Source: a virus
IMG/VR virus record: IMGVR_UViG_3300036985_009306
Coordinates: 1 to 64,000 of that record
Length of the DNA stretch: 64,000 nt
Reading direction: 5' to 3' (one strand)
Each line of letters starts with the position of its first letter. Position 1 is the first letter of the stretch. Under the pieces are notes generated by a model, which saw only the letters and a list, made by a program, of their open reading frames with translations, ran no database searches and was not told the DNA's origin. This document shows, piece after piece, positions 62,008 through 64,000 of this stretch. Position numbers and translations under genes: made by a program.

Positions 62008-64000
62008 ATGGCCACTACTTCTAAGGAATATGTAAGTAAGCTTCAAATTCAGTCTAATATTGAAGAGGCTTTGGAGAATTTCCAGAAGCTATATATTAAG
62101 TTTTCTGAGATGCCTAAAGCTGTTGAGGGTTTTAATAAAGCTCTCAAGAAGAGTGAGGGATTGGAAAAAGTTTATTATGACATGATGACAGCTATACATA
62201 AGACTACTAAGAGAGTGTCTGAGTTGTCAAAAGTGGTGGCATTGCCTAAAAAACAGTTAGAGGGTATTTCAGATGTTGTGACTATGCTTGAAAGTGCTAT
62301 GAAGGGTTTTTCTGCTAAGGATTTTCTTGATCCTACTGTGATAAAAGATGCTAAGAATACTTTAGATGGAGCTGTTTTGAGTTTGAAAGAGCTTGAAGCT
62401 ACTAATCAAAAAGCTGTTGATAATTTTGATAAGCAAAGTATGCTTCTTAAAGATATTTCAAAACTTGAAGGAGTGATTGAAAGTAATTCAGATAGATATA
62501 GAGATTCAACAAGAGCTGTTTTAGGTACATATGGGAGCATTGTAGGTAAAGTAAAGACAATTAAGGATATGTTGAAGGAAGCTGAAACTGAAGGGCTTAG
62601 TGCAAGATCTATAGAGACTATAGAGAAAAAAATAAGAGAAGTTAAAAAAGATACTATTGGTCTTAATAATCTGACTGAAAATTATTCCAGAAAACTTGCT
62701 GATGTAGATAAATTTTTGAAAGATTCAGCTACTGTTGCAAAGGATTTTACTAATGAAACAGCAAAGGCAAATTTTGATAATGTCGTAAAACGGGCAGAAG
62801 AATTAAAAAGAAAATTAGAGGATTTAAAAAAGACAGGCGTAAAAGAAAGTTTTGAAGGATCAGAAGAAGAATTAAAAAAGATAAATGAAGATGCTAATAA
62901 AACAGTAGATTTCATGCTACAAATAAAGAAATTAGAGGATCAATCTGTTGCAGGTATGGTGAAAAAAGCAAAACTTGAACATGAAGCAAATAAAGCCTAC
63001 ATAAAGCAAACGATGAAGAGAGGTGGAATTGGCGGTGTTGTTGATACTTTTTCAGCGGTCAAAAAAGCTATACCTACTGCCGCAGTGGCAAAGTTTGGTG
63101 AAACTGGTGTAGTTGCTATGAAGGGGATTACTACAGCTGCAACATCTTTAATGTCTATGTTTGCACCTTTAGCTATGTTTGGTGGTGTGTTAGCTGCTGT
63201 TAGTGGTATGTTTGAATTGGAAAAAAAGGTTAAAGCTGCAAGAAAACAGATGTTTATGATGGCAGCCGATTCTAATTTAGCAGGTAAAGGGATAGCTGAA
63301 GTGGATTCTACTGTAGGTGATATGTCAAAGAGATTAGATAGTTTTAATTTAGTAGGGTTGGGAATAAATTTTGAAAAGGCAACAGAAGCAGCACAAGGTT
63401 TTGTGAGGGAGGGTTTTAAAGCACAAGATGTTGTAAATGATTTGACAAGTTCAACAGGTGGCATGTTTGCTGAAGCTGTTTCTTTGGGTATGAGTATAGA
63501 AGAATTGACTGGGAGAGCAGGAGAATTGAGAAAGCAGTTTGGATTAAGTCTTAGTGGAATAGATGATGCTTTTGAGACATTGAGAAAAAGTGCAAAGAAT
63601 GCAGGAATTAACATTTCTATATTTTTTGATAAGGTTATTAATGCAGCTACTGGTTTAGCTTTGTGGGGTAAAAAAGTAGGTGATGTGAGTGTAGTTTATT
63701 CGAAACTTTTTAAAGCAATGAAGTTGCCAGAAGCAATAGGAACTGAGCTTGCTGCAAAAATGGTTAAAAGTTTTAGTGATATGTCGACAGAGATGCAGAT
63801 AGTTACATATCAGCAGGGTGGTGGAGCAAAAAGATACAAAAAACAATCAGAAGAACGTCTGGCATTAATTGATGCTGAAATTGATGCAGCAAGAAAGCAG
63901 AAAGATTTTGCAAAAGCTGATCAATTAGAAATGGAAAAAAGTCAGTATAAAGAACAAGAAAAAAAGGGCGGAAAAGATCTATCTGCTCAGATGCAACGTT
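62008..64000 (+). CDS. tape measure protein (3'-truncated by the window end)
   Basis: Not in the ORF track; ATG 62008 with GAGG SD, open as far as translated and apparently to the window end; helical, with an Ala/Gly-rich hydrophobic segment; position after the tube and chaperones. Confidence 0.8.
   Translation, partial: MATTSKEYVSKLQIQSNIEEALENFQKLYIKFSEMPKAVEGFNKALKKSEGLEKVYYDMMTAIHKTTKRVSELSKVVALPKKQLEGISDVVTMLESAMKGFSAKDFLDPTVIKDAKNTLDGAVLSLKELEATNQKAVDNFDKQSMLLKDISKLEGVIESNSDRYRDSTRAVLGTYGSIVGKVKTIKDMLKEAETEGLSARSIETIEKKIREVKKDTIGLNNLTENYSRKLADVDKFLKDSATVAKDFTNETAKANFDNVVKRAEELKRKLEDLKKTGVKESFEGSEEELKKINEDANKTVDFMLQIKKLEDQSVAGMVKKAKLEHEANKAYIKQTMKRGGIGGVVDTFSAVKKAIPTAAVAKFGETGVVAMKGITTAATSLMSMFAPLAMFGGVLAAVSGMFELEKKVKAARKQMFMMAADSNLAGKGIAEVDSTVGDMSKRLDSFNLVGLGINFEKATEAAQGFVREGFKAQDVVNDLTSSTGGMFAEAVSLGMSIEELTGRAGELRKQFGLSLSGIDDAFETLRKSAKNAGINISIFFDKVINAATGLALWGKKVGDVSVVYSKLFKAMKLPEAIGTELAAKMVKSFSDMSTEMQIVTYQQGGGAKRYKKQSEERLALIDAEIDAARKQKDFAKADQLEMEKSQYKEQEKKGGKDLSAQMQR

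Noticed and set aside
678-63846. Numerous short - strand and alternate-frame ORFs in the track (e.g. 678-902, 4055-4279, 13159-13353, 24589-25002, 53095-53466, 62997-63614)
   Set aside because: They are shadows of long, well-formed genes on the other strand or frame, with no SD and no motifs.
1-64000. Alternative genetic code (TAG/TGA recoding, as in some huge phages)
   Set aside because: Long genes are intact under the standard code, and TAG/TGA stops are typically followed closely by the next start. The only in-frame interruption of note is a TAA.
56358-64000. Extracellular contractile injection system or tailocin rather than a phage
   Set aside because: Head-tail adaptor/neck genes, an MCP-like fragment, a lysin, many small phage-type ORFs and the lack of bacterial housekeeping genes favour a phage.
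1-64000. tRNA, rRNA, intein or intron
   Set aside because: No T-loop/acceptor-stem signature, rRNA-like sequence, intein motifs or gene-splitting intron seen by eye; tRNAscan and Infernal were not run.

Overview
This strongly AT-rich window reads as part of the late/virion region of a large contractile-tailed phage (jumbo-phage-like, uncultured type) using the standard genetic code. Almost all genes are on the + strand. Structural genes include a 5'-truncated Gly-X-Ser repeat fibre protein, a head-tail adaptor, an Ig/FN3-decorated neck protein, a tail-completion-like protein, a long tail fibre, sheath, tube, two tail-assembly-chaperone paralogues and a 3'-truncated tape measure protein. About 23 kb of this morphogenesis region is two clusters of glycan-building genes (3050-12744 and 34092-46962). 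By motif reading they hold about 16 glycosyltransferase domains (GT2, GT4, GT9-like, GT11, GT17, GT-D) and about 9 SAM methyltransferase domains. They also encode a short DegT aminotransferase, an ATP-grasp/HAD fusion, a radical SAM/SPASM enzyme and an SGNH protein. The main hypothesis is a phage-encoded virion protein-glycosylation system, with Ser-rich G-X-S repeats as candidate acceptors. Other notable items: an actin-like ATPase; a recurrent N-terminal 'KIAxEI' leader; three tandem Cys-rich paralogues; a 134-bp duplication whose RBS+ATG is inverted; a recurring promoter-like motif; a structured non-coding region; a major-capsid-like pseudogene fragment; and a likely ATC start codon. Family assignments come from motif recognition only; no database search was run. 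No tRNA, rRNA or CRISPR array was seen.
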